From Methanomicrobiales archaeon (lineage in GTDB: Archaea > Halobacteriota > Methanomicrobia > Methanomicrobiales > Methanospirillaceae): a stretch of 64,000 nt of DNA. Numbering within the stretch: the stretch's first letter is position 1; each line of letters opens with the position of its first letter. Of the stretch, positions 1 through 9,222 are shown one piece after another. A program made the translations under genes and the position numbers. The notes beneath the pieces were generated by a model. It had not been told where the DNA came from, did not search any database, and saw only the letters and a list, made by a program, of their open reading frames with translations. The DNA lies in contig JBAXJR010000005.1 of the NCBI GenBank assembly GCA_037137755.1, positions 23,026-87,025 of the forward strand. Direction: 5' to 3'.

Positions 1-862
1 CAATCACCTCTGCATTCTCTCCGGGCATGAGTTTTGCAGCAACCCGGAACATGAACCTCTTACAGATGACACAGATATACCGTTGCGGGACCCCTTTGGA
101 CATCGCGTCGTAGAGCGGGGACGAGTCCACGACGAGCATCCGGAGCGGGTATCCCTTCACCCAGAGCGAAAGGCGCCGGTGGTTTTCTACGGCCCCGGCA
201 GCAGTCGCACAGCCTGCCCATCTTCCTGCATCCATGTTGAGGTGGACCATTCCGCACCCCCGTTTCATCATCATCCAGGACGCAACGGGAGAATCAATCC
301 CTGCTGAAATCAGGCCCAGTGCATTTCCCTGCGTACCAAACGGGAGACCTCCCGGTGCGGGGATCCGGTGGTCGTAGACAAATCCCCCGTTTACGCGTGC
401 TTCGATAAATACCTCGTATTCGGGGTGCGAAAGGTCAACCCGTGCCCCCGGCTGATCATCGAGCAGCACCCCGCCGATGACCCTCCCGAGCTCCTGGCTG
501 TCAGGGCCACCCGACCCCTTCTCCCGTTTCGCCCTGACTGCAAACCTTATTCCCGCCTTTAAGTGTTTCTGTCCGAGTGTCCTGGCCACTCTGCCAAGTT
601 CTTCCGGGGTATTATTGGTGATAGTTGCGACACTGACATCAACCACCCCGAATACCCTTGCGACCTCGGCCGCAATCTTACGCGGATGGTCCCCGTAGAT
701 GAGTATTCTCCCCCGCGGGGTCTCATGCCGGAAGGACAGCCCGGCAGCGTCAAGTGACCGTTTAATGTTCCGTATAAGGAGACCGATGAAATGTCGCTTG
801 ACCGGCTCACTTTTCAGAAAGAGTTCACCGTACCGGACCATTACCACCGTCTGTTCTTCCAC
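1..862 (-). CDS. thiI: tRNA 4-thiouridine synthase ThiI (THUMP + PP-loop), 3' end runs off the window
   Basis: Manual minus-strand translation (absent from ORF track): VEEQTVVMVRYGELFLKSEPVK...FAVRAKR...GGLPFGTQGNALGLISAGIDSPVASWMMMKRG...CVICKRFMFR. RYGE.FLK N-terminus, GGLP.GTQG and SxGIDS PP-loop are ThiI signatures. GTG start at 862 (or 871). Confidence 0.9.
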   Translation of the reverse strand, partial: MEEQTVVMVRYGELFLKSEPVKRHFIGLLIRNIKRSLDAAGLSFRHETPRGRILIYGDHPRKIAAEVARVFGVVDVSVATITNNTPEELGRVARTLGQKHLKAGIRFAVRAKREKGSGGPDSQELGRVIGGVLLDDQPGARVDLSHPEYEVFIEARVNGGFVYDHRIPAPGGLPFGTQGNALGLISAGIDSPVASWMMMKRGCGMVHLNMDAGRWAGCATAAGAVENHRRLSLWVKGYPLRMLVVDSSPLYDAMSKGVPQRYICVICKRFMFRVAAKLMPGENAEVI

Positions 863-1023
863 TGATACCACAGTATCCCGCCAGGGATTCACCGTTCCCT
901 GTCTTTGGGGATTGTATGTACCTTATCTGCCTTGTAAGTTTGTTCCGTGGGACAGGAAGTGGAAAGAAAATTTTTCAGGAGATGTTAACGTCCTGTGTAT
1001 TTTAAAAGGAGAAGAAATACGTA

Positions 1024-1186
1024 TGACAGGAGGGGATTTCACCCCCACTATTGCTCCACCCCCAAAAAAGATATTCTGTGGGCATGGGTCAACAGTCGGA
1101 CTCCTGAAAATTTATGAGATTTAGACACCCTCCTGTATCCCAACCAGGGTCGCCAAATCGGCGGGGCGGAGCCCCGGGAGCGTGAT
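1024..1186. repeat. Dispersed intergenic repeat, copy 1 (homologous to 8966-9094)
   Basis: TGACAGGAGGGGATTTCACCCCCACTATTGCTCCACCCCCAAAAAAGATATT...GAGCCCCGGGAGCGTGAT versus TGACAGGATGGGTTTCACCCCCTCCTTACCCCACCCCGACAAGATATT...GAGCCCGGGTGCGTGAT at 8966. Confidence 0.6.
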
Positions 1187-1401
1187 TACATTTTGGATTA
1201 ATCATACATCGTTTAAGTAAATCCATGAGTCTTAATACAGAACCATTTCTGGTACCATATTATCCATAGGTTTGCATCTGGCATCCCCATTCAGATCGAC
1301 CCCTGGTTCCATCAGGATCATAAAAAATCCCGCCCGTTTCACCGGATTCTACCAGCTCTATACAGAAAATTCTTTAATTGGCGAGGATTAAATTGTACAG
1401 A

Positions 1402-2034
1402 ATGGCAAAAAAAGCAAAATCGGCGGCTGTACCGGAGCCGATGAAACTGTTCTATATATTCTATAACCAGGAACGCTGGGATAACTGGCTGAACCGCCTG
1501 AGAGAGTCTGATTTTGAGGTGGCTGAAGATGCCGAAGAGATGCCTGAAGGGTTCCGGGCGCTCTACAATTTTGGCCAGGATATCACGGTATCCGTCCTTA
1601 AAATCATAAAACTCTACCAGAATGGCCGCTTCCCAAAAGAAGAGACGCTTGAGAGGCTCGCCCAGGTGGAATCTGTCATCATGTCCGCGGCCCCCGAGGA
1701 CCAGATTGAAGAGATCGTGGAATCACTGCAGCTCTCCATGCTCGCACTTTTCGCCTCCTGCCGGATGTTTATCGAGGGTGGGTACCCGACAGACATCAAG
1801 GTCCTCGTAAAGGAAGGCCGAAAAATGATCGACGAGGACATGGAGAAAGCCCTCGGGATTGCAGCAAATATCGGTGCCAACGTTATCAACGGGGCTGCCT
1901 GCTGCGGGAAGTATGTCAAGGACGATATAGAGCAGCCGACCCTGTTCGACGAATGGTTAATTGAGATCGAGACGATGAACGAGGCGATGACCACCCTGAA
2001 GAACTTTGATGAGGATACCGGGGAAGAGAGTTGA
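1402..2034 (+). CDS. Conserved euryarchaeal protein, DUF2150-like
   Basis: FYNQERWDNW motif in an acidic protein of about 210 aa. ATG at 1402 preferred over TTG at 1378. Confidence 0.7.
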   Translation: MAKKAKSAAVPEPMKLFYIFYNQERWDNWLNRLRESDFEVAEDAEEMPEGFRALYNFGQDITVSVLKIIKLYQNGRFPKEETLERLAQVESVIMSAAPEDQIEEIVESLQLSMLALFASCRMFIEGGYPTDIKVLVKEGRKMIDEDMEKALGIAANIGANVINGAACCGKYVKDDIEQPTLFDEWLIEIETMNEAMTTLKNFDEDTGEES

Positions 2035-2483
2035 TTGCGGAAAAGGCACGGTTCAGAAGTGCAAAAAAGATCGAACGCCTTGTGGGATACCGGCTGCCGA
2101 TGTCTGCGTTTCATGGCACGACCCTTGAAGCGATCTCGGCCCGGTTAAACTTTGATTACCTTGACCCGTCTGTCAGGGACCAGCTCCTCTCATTTTTTGA
2201 CGATTTTCTCAAGTGCGACTGTAAAGAGTCCCCGCTTTGTGACTGCCCTGCAAAAAAGTTTGCGACCCTTGTCATTGAGCTCCGCGAAAGGGGCCTCGAG
2301 CACCGGCAGATAAGCAGTTATTTACTCGACGAATACGGGATTGATATGTATCCGACTGACCTCCTCTCTTTCCTTGAGGATTCGGTCCACGTTCTGGAAG
2401 CGGTCCGTGATATTGCGGGCCTCGATAAGCGGGTGGAACTTGAGAAGAAGGCTGACGAGCATATCGCCCTGATTGCCCGTTAA
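2031..2483 (+). CDS. DUF5814-like protein (resembles the C-terminal domain of archaeal helicases)
   Basis: DFLKCDCKESPLCDCP Cys cluster and YGIDMYPTDLLSFLE. Start overlaps the upstream stop (TTGA). Confidence 0.6.
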   Translation: MIAEKARFRSAKKIERLVGYRLPMSAFHGTTLEAISARLNFDYLDPSVRDQLLSFFDDFLKCDCKESPLCDCPAKKFATLVIELRERGLEHRQISSYLLDEYGIDMYPTDLLSFLEDSVHVLEAVRDIAGLDKRVELEKKADEHIALIAR

Positions 2484-2677
2484 CCCCTTTATTCCATCCC
2501 CTTCCCATTTTATTCATATTGTGTGCCGGCTCAAAGGCGGTCATTTCTATCGCCTTGTCCTTCCGGGGCAGGGTACTACTGTACCTGGCAATCTGCCTGA
2601 TTCGTCCTGCCACCGGTGCCTGAAACGATCAGCTCATCAGCCTTGCAGCAGATATGGAAGGAGGAGTACCGGGTGCC

Positions 2678-3019
2678 ATGGCACGTGAACTTGATGAGAG
2701 GGATATAGAGATCCTGCGTATCCTTGCGCCGGAATGCGAAGAGATGATCTGTTCAGGCTCGGGGGTTGAATTCCGCTCTATCCTGCCGCCTGTTGCCAAC
2801 CACTATTCCAGGGATGAAGAGGATTTCAAACACCGCTTAATGAGGCTCACCGATGGTGACCTCTTATACCTGGTTGAAAAAATGAGGACTGGTGAGGAAA
2901 GTGTCGCGTGTGTACCACCGGAATATGCTGATATCCTGATCGGAGAGATCGTATCCCGTGTAGGAAAAGACGTCGCCGATGAAGTCCTCAACATCTATGA
3001 AACTGCTGATGAATGCTAG
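2678..3019 (+). CDS. Conserved hypothetical protein
   Basis: ORF MARELDERDIEILRILAPE...SILPPVANHYS...GEESVACVPPEY. Its stop overlaps the next ATG. Confidence 0.6.
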   Translation: MARELDERDIEILRILAPECEEMICSGSGVEFRSILPPVANHYSRDEEDFKHRLMRLTDGDLLYLVEKMRTGEESVACVPPEYADILIGEIVSRVGKDVADEVLNIYETADEC

Positions 3020-5568
3020 AAGTGAACGGAGATAAGGACGAAACCCTGTCCCCCGTGACGAACCGGATGAGGGAGGTCCTCGCACGGAATATTACTGCCC
3101 GGAACCACGGGCTTTCGCCCCTGCAGTTCAATGAAGCAGTTTCAACCCTCCTCTCTTCCCTCGTCGCCGCAAGGCTTCTTGAAGAGGCGGGTTGTATCCG
3201 TTATGGTTCGGTCGAAGAGGAGACCCTGAATAAAGGCCTTGCCAAAGGTTTGTCGTTCCTTTTTGAGAATAGTACCCAGGGAGATGAAGGGGGTATCCCC
3301 CCCGGGCTGAATGGTACGGATACCGGGACCTGGCCGTTCGTTTCTGCCTGCACAACTATCTCAATTGACCCGGCAGTTACCAGCAGGCTGCTCTCGTTAA
3401 CGCGGGAGAAAAAATTTTTCGATGAATGGGCTGATGCATGGTCTGATTCACACGAACGCTCCATGTTCGCCTTTCTTAACTATTCGGCACACCTTTCCCA
3501 TGACGGGCGCATGGTCATTGGGGAACAGTACCCGTGCCATGCCGGTCCCGGTGTCCCCCTGATCCCTGCCGGGTTACTACAAAAAATAGCGGGGGACCTG
3601 CTCCTCCCCAGGCTGGCAGGGAAGACCCCAAAAAACGCCGGGATAAAGGTTGTTGACCCGGCCTGCAGGACAGGCCGTATCCTCCTGGCAATGTACCAGG
3701 TCCTTGCCGGCTGGCACCTCTCGTGGTATACAAAACACCTGGTCCCGCTTCTTGCAGAAGGTCGTGACCCGGCTTCAAGAAAGGTGCAGGGACTGCTGCC
3801 GCCCGTGGTCTCCACCGCTAACCGTGCCGGATACCAGCGGTGTGGCACGCTCCCGCTTCCGGTGTACCAGCTGCCGGGTGGCCGCTGGGACCTTACCCGG
3901 GATGAAAAAGTCCGTATCATCGGGGAGTCCCTGTATGGTATTGACAGCGATCGGGCCTCAATTGAAGTCACCCGCTTGTCCCTCCTCTCGTATCTTCTGC
4001 ATACGACGGGAGATGACGGTTCGGGTTCCACCAGTCCCGGGCTTTTACCGGGTATCGTATCACGAAACATCAGGTGTGGGAACATCCTGATCGGTAAGGA
4101 CTACGAAGAGCAACCGTCATTGTCGCATGAACCCGGGGAAAAACATTCAGCCCCGGGTATTTTCATAGGGGATGAATTTCCCGCAGTTGCATCCGGCGGC
4201 GGGTTCGGGGTGGTATGTTCCATGTTCCCATCCCTTCTCCCGTTCTCCGGAAAAAGTCTGCAGGACTATCTCTGCCGCCACTACCAGTCAGGGAAACCGG
4301 ATGATGCTACCCCGTATTACCTCGAGTCCGGGCTCCTGCTGACCCGTCCCGGTGGGGTACTCTGCGGGGTTGTCACCGGCGGCTGGCAACGGTCCCGCGG
4401 TGCGGCCCATTTTCGCGGGTGGCTTGCCGGCTACCAGGTTGAACGTGTCATCAGCCTTGGTAACCTCCAGTCCTTCGCCGGAATGAGTGACCCCGTGCTT
4501 ATTACTATAACCAATCACCCCCCCGAACATCCCGTCAGCGTGACAGATGCGGTAGAACCTGGAATAGAGGGCCCGGGTAGTATATCGTTTCGTACCACCC
4601 GGTCAATTGACCCAACATCTCTCGGCAGCAGTCCCTGGATGTTCAAAGGGGTGCCGCCCGCTGAAGTGAGGAAGAAGATTGATTCAGCCGGCACACCACT
4701 GGCCCGCTATATCCTTGGGGAATATATGCTCGGGGAACAGGACAATACCCGGGGTTTTATCATCAGCAGGCAGGAATATGACACTATCCTTCGAAAAGAC
4801 CCTGTTATGGGGACGTTTATCCACCCGTATAGTACTCCCGGTGAGGTACGGCGATACAGCCCACCGGTGTATTCGTGGTATATTGTCCGGATACCGCCCG
4901 GGACTACCCGTGCACTGGCCGGCGATGTCCCCGATCTCCGCGAGTGGTTCCGTCACCATCACCATACCCTGTCAGTAACTCTCACGAAACATCGTCCGAA
5001 AACGGCGAAAACCCGCCCGGGTGATGGCTGCTGGTGGGAATGGCCGGGGCCCGCCACTCTGCTGTTCATGAAAGGACCGTTACTCCTGACCCGGGCATCA
5101 GGGGTGTCAGGTGGCCCCGAATGGATGATCTCGTCCCGGGGCGTTTATCCCGGGACCGGCGTAATTGCCATCCGTTGCAATGATCCAGCGTTGCCCGGCA
5201 TTCTGAATTCACACCTTGCAACATTCTATATCCTTTCGTCGGCCCGGAAAAAAGGGATGCCCGGATACCTCCTCCCGCACATCATGAAATTTCCCCTGCC
5301 GGTCCCTGATGCCGAGGATGCTTCAGATACCCGGCTCTTCAGAACTATCGCCCACCTCGTGGAGAAGCGGTGTGCGCTCAGCAAAGCAGGGGAAGCGGTC
5401 ACATCAGGAGAGGAGGTCACCGCTACCAGTGAACGGGTACGGGGGTGTGATGAAGAGATTGACACCCTCGTGTATGAGCTGTATGGCCTGTCAGACGGGG
5501 AGGCCGGGAGTATCGAAGAATGGTTGTCGCGTGAAGATGTGCCCGTAATTATACGGGAACCATCTTGA
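3013..5568 (+). CDS. Degenerate Eco57I/type IIG-like N6-adenine methyltransferase with TaqI_C-like target recognition domain, probably inactive
   Basis: VVDPACRTGRIL (cf. DPACGSG), LYGIDSD...IEVTRLSL, NIRCGNILIG, GGFGVVCSMFPS where GGFD.vIGNPPY is expected, LPGILNSHL, C-terminal DEEIDTLVYELYGLS. Confidence 0.7.
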   Translation: MLEVNGDKDETLSPVTNRMREVLARNITARNHGLSPLQFNEAVSTLLSSLVAARLLEEAGCIRYGSVEEETLNKGLAKGLSFLFENSTQGDEGGIPPGLNGTDTGTWPFVSACTTISIDPAVTSRLLSLTREKKFFDEWADAWSDSHERSMFAFLNYSAHLSHDGRMVIGEQYPCHAGPGVPLIPAGLLQKIAGDLLLPRLAGKTPKNAGIKVVDPACRTGRILLAMYQVLAGWHLSWYTKHLVPLLAEGRDPASRKVQGLLPPVVSTANRAGYQRCGTLPLPVYQLPGGRWDLTRDEKVRIIGESLYGIDSDRASIEVTRLSLLSYLLHTTGDDGSGSTSPGLLPGIVSRNIRCGNILIGKDYEEQPSLSHEPGEKHSAPGIFIGDEFPAVASGGGFGVVCSMFPSLLPFSGKSLQDYLCRHYQSGKPDDATPYYLESGLLLTRPGGVLCGVVTGGWQRSRGAAHFRGWLAGYQVERVISLGNLQSFAGMSDPVLITITNHPPEHPVSVTDAVEPGIEGPGSISFRTTRSIDPTSLGSSPWMFKGVPPAEVRKKIDSAGTPLARYILGEYMLGEQDNTRGFIISRQEYDTILRKDPVMGTFIHPYSTPGEVRRYSPPVYSWYIVRIPPGTTRALAGDVPDLREWFRHHHHTLSVTLTKHRPKTAKTRPGDGCWWEWPGPATLLFMKGPLLLTRASGVSGGPEWMISSRGVYPGTGVIAIRCNDPALPGILNSHLATFYILSSARKKGMPGYLLPHIMKFPLPVPDAEDASDTRLFRTIAHLVEKRCALSKAGEAVTSGEEVTATSERVRGCDEEIDTLVYELYGLSDGEAGSIEEWLSREDVPVIIREPS

Positions 5569-5769
5569 CGTACAAGGGTGCTGGGACCCTGGCTGAAATC
5601 TCCCTGGTTTCTTTGGTCCCCCCGGGAAACAGAACGTAGCAGAACTGTCAATTCAACAACTTTTTTAGCCGGGCATTCCTTGTCATGTATGAGGGCCGTA
5701 CCTGTTGAGTGAATACGTCAGAGGTACACGAACCTGGGAAGGATAGGTTATGAACCAGGATATTTCTCC

Positions 5770-6963
5770 ATGATCTCCGTTCTCCTCATTGAAGATGACA
5801 GTAACCTGCTCGCGATAACGAGGGATTACCTTGGAAAGAAGGGTACGATCTCGGTGCATACTGCGGTATCCGCGGTTGAGGCCATCCAACTGTTACGGAC
5901 GAGAAATTACGATGCAATTGTCTCGGATTACCAGATGCCGGATATGGATGGGATAGAACTCCTCAAGTTCCTCCGCGCATCAGGAAATGAGATCCCGTTT
6001 ATCATATTTACCGGTCGTTCACGTGAGCAGGTGGTCATCGAGGCGCTGAACAACGGGGCTGATTTTTACCTCCAGAAGGGCGATGAGCCGAAAGTCCAGT
6101 TTATTGAACTCGAGAATATGATTATCCAGGCGACGGCACGGAAGAGGGCTGAAGACTCTCTCCGGGAGTCGATCCGGAGACTCTCCGACATTATCAGTTT
6201 CTTACCCGATGCGACGCTGGCCATTGACCGGGGCGGTAGCCTGATCGCCTGGAACAGGGCGATGGAGGAACTGACCGGGGTACCGGCACACCAGATGCTC
6301 GGGCGGAATGAACCCGATTATTCCCTGGCCTTTTACGGGAAGCGACGTCCCCTGTTGATCGACCTGATCTTTACCACAAATGAAGAGGTGATGAACTATG
6401 GTTATACCGGGGTCAAACGAAAGGGTAAGGCGTTGATCGCGGAATGCACGGCCTCCCTGCCTTCTGGGAATAAAACCCTGTGGGGGATTGCTACCCCGTT
6501 GTATGATGAAAAGGGTGAGGTGGCCGGGGCAATTGAATCAATACGGGATATCAGCGGGGTCCGGAAAGCAGAGGAAGCCTGCCTGCAGAGCGAAGTTAAA
6601 TTCAGGGGGATCTTCGAACACTCGCCAGTGGCAATAGCGATATTCGATGAAAAGGGCTGGCTCCTGGAAGTGAACAATCCATGCAGGGAGCTCGGGTTTC
6701 CGGGTACAGGGGCTGGCCGGTATAACCTGTTCACCTGCGCTATTCTCCCTCCCGGGAGACGTGAGGCATTAACCCGGGGTGAAGCGGTGAAATTTGAGCT
6801 CACTGCCCGGAGTGATACGTTTTTCCCGGTAACGCCATCCTGCCACCTGGACGTGCTTATCACCCCCCTATTTTCCCCCTACAACGAGTCTTCATCGGGA
6901 TATATCATGCAGATCCGTGAGATACCGGAACATTCACAAAATGACCTCGTATTAGCCACGTAA
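5770..6963 (+). CDS. Response regulator receiver + PAS domains, no kinase or output domain
   Basis: LLIEDD...SDYQMPDMDG...FTGR...YLQKG receiver, followed by two PAS-like segments. Confidence 0.85.
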   Translation: MISVLLIEDDSNLLAITRDYLGKKGTISVHTAVSAVEAIQLLRTRNYDAIVSDYQMPDMDGIELLKFLRASGNEIPFIIFTGRSREQVVIEALNNGADFYLQKGDEPKVQFIELENMIIQATARKRAEDSLRESIRRLSDIISFLPDATLAIDRGGSLIAWNRAMEELTGVPAHQMLGRNEPDYSLAFYGKRRPLLIDLIFTTNEEVMNYGYTGVKRKGKALIAECTASLPSGNKTLWGIATPLYDEKGEVAGAIESIRDISGVRKAEEACLQSEVKFRGIFEHSPVAIAIFDEKGWLLEVNNPCRELGFPGTGAGRYNLFTCAILPPGRREALTRGEAVKFELTARSDTFFPVTPSCHLDVLITPLFSPYNESSSGYIMQIREIPEHSQNDLVLAT

Positions 6964-7203
6964 GGTGGCCGTTCATGATTTTTAAGGCTGAATCAACGAT
7001 TATTACGGAGATTCCTGGACCCGCCTGATTGCAGACTGCGACTATCCCCCCTCGAGTTGGATCGATACCCGGTATTCAGAATGCCCTGGTGTCTGGTATG
7101 AAATTCCGGTAATCCGGGATTGGCGGTTCTCTGGTAAAAATCGATACGTATATCACCTCATCGCCATAGGATAATTATATCAGTACTAGCAACCGGGGGG
7201 TCT

Positions 7204-7515
7204 ATGACTATACTGAACCTTTCATCTGCACTCCATGAGAAACAACTAAAGCTGGCGACCGGGTATTGTTGCGAATCGTGTGGGAGTATTGTTCCGCATA
7301 CCATGCTTGAACTCCATCCTATACCGTCATCAGATATATGTAATGAAGCAGAGCCCTGTACCGTTGCATCGGATGTGCTGGTGCTTTGTACGCTCTGCCA
7401 CACCCGTCTTCATGATGCGGTCATTCCCCATGAACTGCAGCGCTCTGTGATAAGGATACGCCCGCCGGACGTGATGGATACTATTAATGGGATCCTTTCC
7501 GGGCCCTTCGCATAA
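7204..7515 (+). CDS. Small zinc-binding HNH-fold-like protein
   Basis: CESCG...LELHPI...DVLVLCTLCHTRLH follows the CxxC/HH/N.v.LCxxCHxxxH spacing of HNH nucleases, with altered catalytic positions. Confidence 0.55.
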   Translation: MTILNLSSALHEKQLKLATGYCCESCGSIVPHTMLELHPIPSSDICNEAEPCTVASDVLVLCTLCHTRLHDAVIPHELQRSVIRIRPPDVMDTINGILSGPFA

Positions 7516-7721
7516 CATACCGGGTAACAACGGCCAGGTCCGGATATCTGAATACCTTTTTTCGTGAGTCCGATTATCTTACCCCCTGTTTAATGGGTCA
7601 TGAAGGGAAATTTATTCAAGGCTTAACCTTACGGACCAGGTTTCTCTTACCTCCTGTCGTACCTGGTAATAGAAACCCTGATATCTGAAGTACCATCGAA
7701 ACGATCCCCGGCTGAACAACC

Positions 7722-8825
7722 ATGGACCTTCCGAAACCAGTAACCGGACCCAGAGAGAGGATTATCCTCCATGTTGACATGGACGCATTTTTTGCTGCGG
7801 TCGAGATGCGGGAACACCCTGAGATTAGGGGACGCCCTGTTATCGTCGGGGCGGACCCAAAAGAAGGAAAAGGCCGTGGTGTGGTCAGCACCGCCTCCTA
7901 CGAGGCACGGGTATTCGGGGTGCATTCTGCGATGCCTATCTCAAAGGCCTTTGAGCGTTGTCCCGGTGGTGTGTTTGTCCGTCCCCATTTTGACCTGTAT
8001 ACCCGGGCCTCGGAGGATGTGATGGAGATTGCAAAGCTTACATCCGAACGGTTTGAGCAGGTTAGTATCGACGAAGCATATCTCGATATCTCCCATGCCG
8101 GGGATTATGTCACGGCCCGTGCAACAGCTGCAGCCCTGAAAGCGGCCATCAGGAATACAACGGGGCTTACCTGTTCGATAGGGGTCGGCCCCACTAAGGT
8201 CGTGGCCAAGATTGCGTCAGACTACCGGAAACCTGACGGGCTCACCGTGGTGGATCCGGGAAGTGTGAGCGGGTTCTTATCTCCACTCCCGGTCGAAAAG
8301 ATCCCCGGGATCGGAAGGAAGAGCCGTGAGATGCTGCACAACCGGGGTATCCGCACGATCGGGGACCTTGCCCGTATCGATGTACAGGAGTTAATCGCAC
8401 TCTTCGGGAAGTGGGGTGCCGTGATCCGTGACCTTGCAATGGGAACTGATGACCGTGAGGTGAGGCAGGAAGAGGGATATAAATCGATTTCCCGCGAGAT
8501 TACCTTCGAAGACGATACCGATGACGAACAGGTACTAGTACGGATGCTCGATGAAATGGCAGGGGAACTCCATGAAGTTCTTGAGAACGAGCACCTCAGG
8601 TTCCGGACTATTACGGTGAAGTTACGTGATGAGCATTTCCATACCCGTACCCGGTCGAAGACAAATGAACGGTACAGCGATGATCTCCGCCTGATACAAT
8701 TGACTTCGTATGGACTTCTTCGGGGGTTTACGGAAGGCAGTAAAATCCGGCTGATTGGACTCAGGTTGTCCGGATTTGAGCCGAAAGGGACCCGCCAGAC
8801 GACAATCGCTGAGTTCACCGGTTAA
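7722..8825 (+). CDS. dinB: DNA polymerase IV (Y family)
   Basis: ILHVDMDAFFAAVE, STASYEAR.FGVHSAMP, SIDEAYLD, AKIASD.RKPDG. Confidence 0.95.
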   Translation: MDLPKPVTGPRERIILHVDMDAFFAAVEMREHPEIRGRPVIVGADPKEGKGRGVVSTASYEARVFGVHSAMPISKAFERCPGGVFVRPHFDLYTRASEDVMEIAKLTSERFEQVSIDEAYLDISHAGDYVTARATAAALKAAIRNTTGLTCSIGVGPTKVVAKIASDYRKPDGLTVVDPGSVSGFLSPLPVEKIPGIGRKSREMLHNRGIRTIGDLARIDVQELIALFGKWGAVIRDLAMGTDDREVRQEEGYKSISREITFEDDTDDEQVLVRMLDEMAGELHEVLENEHLRFRTITVKLRDEHFHTRTRSKTNERYSDDLRLIQLTSYGLLRGFTEGSKIRLIGLRLSGFEPKGTRQTTIAEFTG

Positions 8826-8965
8826 TTTGGGTCTTTTTACACCATCAAGAGGATGTAATTCTCTGAAAGAATACCAGTGGGTGAACAACCCATCCCGTTA
8901 ATCGCACTTGCTATTCATCATGTTTCGCTCTTGTTTCCTTTGTTGAAACCCTGCATATTAAACGT

Positions 8966-9094
8966 TGACAGGATGGGTTTCACCCCCTCCTTACCCCACC
9001 CCGACAAGATATTTCCCCGGCCGGACTTCATGGAATGCTCTTAATTTTGGAGAACCGGGGATACCAACAGGGCGATTGAGCCCGGGTGCGTGAT
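8966..9094. repeat. Dispersed intergenic repeat, copy 2 (homologous to 1024-1186)
   Basis: Shares the 5' block TGACAGGA.GGG.TTTCACCCCC...AAGATATT and the 3' block GAGCCC(C)GGG.GCGTGAT with copy 1. Confidence 0.6.
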
Positions 9095-9222
9095 GAAATT
9101 ATGTTTAACCCGGGATCTCCATGATAGATTAAAATAAAGTCAACGAGGTCCTTTTGCTTCTTACACACCACAGAGTTGAAAAGAAAAAGGACTGTTCTAT
9201 TATTGCGTTTACCTGTCCGGGA

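Noticed and set aside
699-1124. 141-aa plus-strand ORF
   Set aside because: It overlaps thiI antisense, runs into the intergenic repeat and has no recognisable motif.
7543-7689. GATATCTGAA twice upstream of dinB as a damage-response box
   Set aside because: The match is 10 bp and non-palindromic, too weak to distinguish from chance without comparative data.
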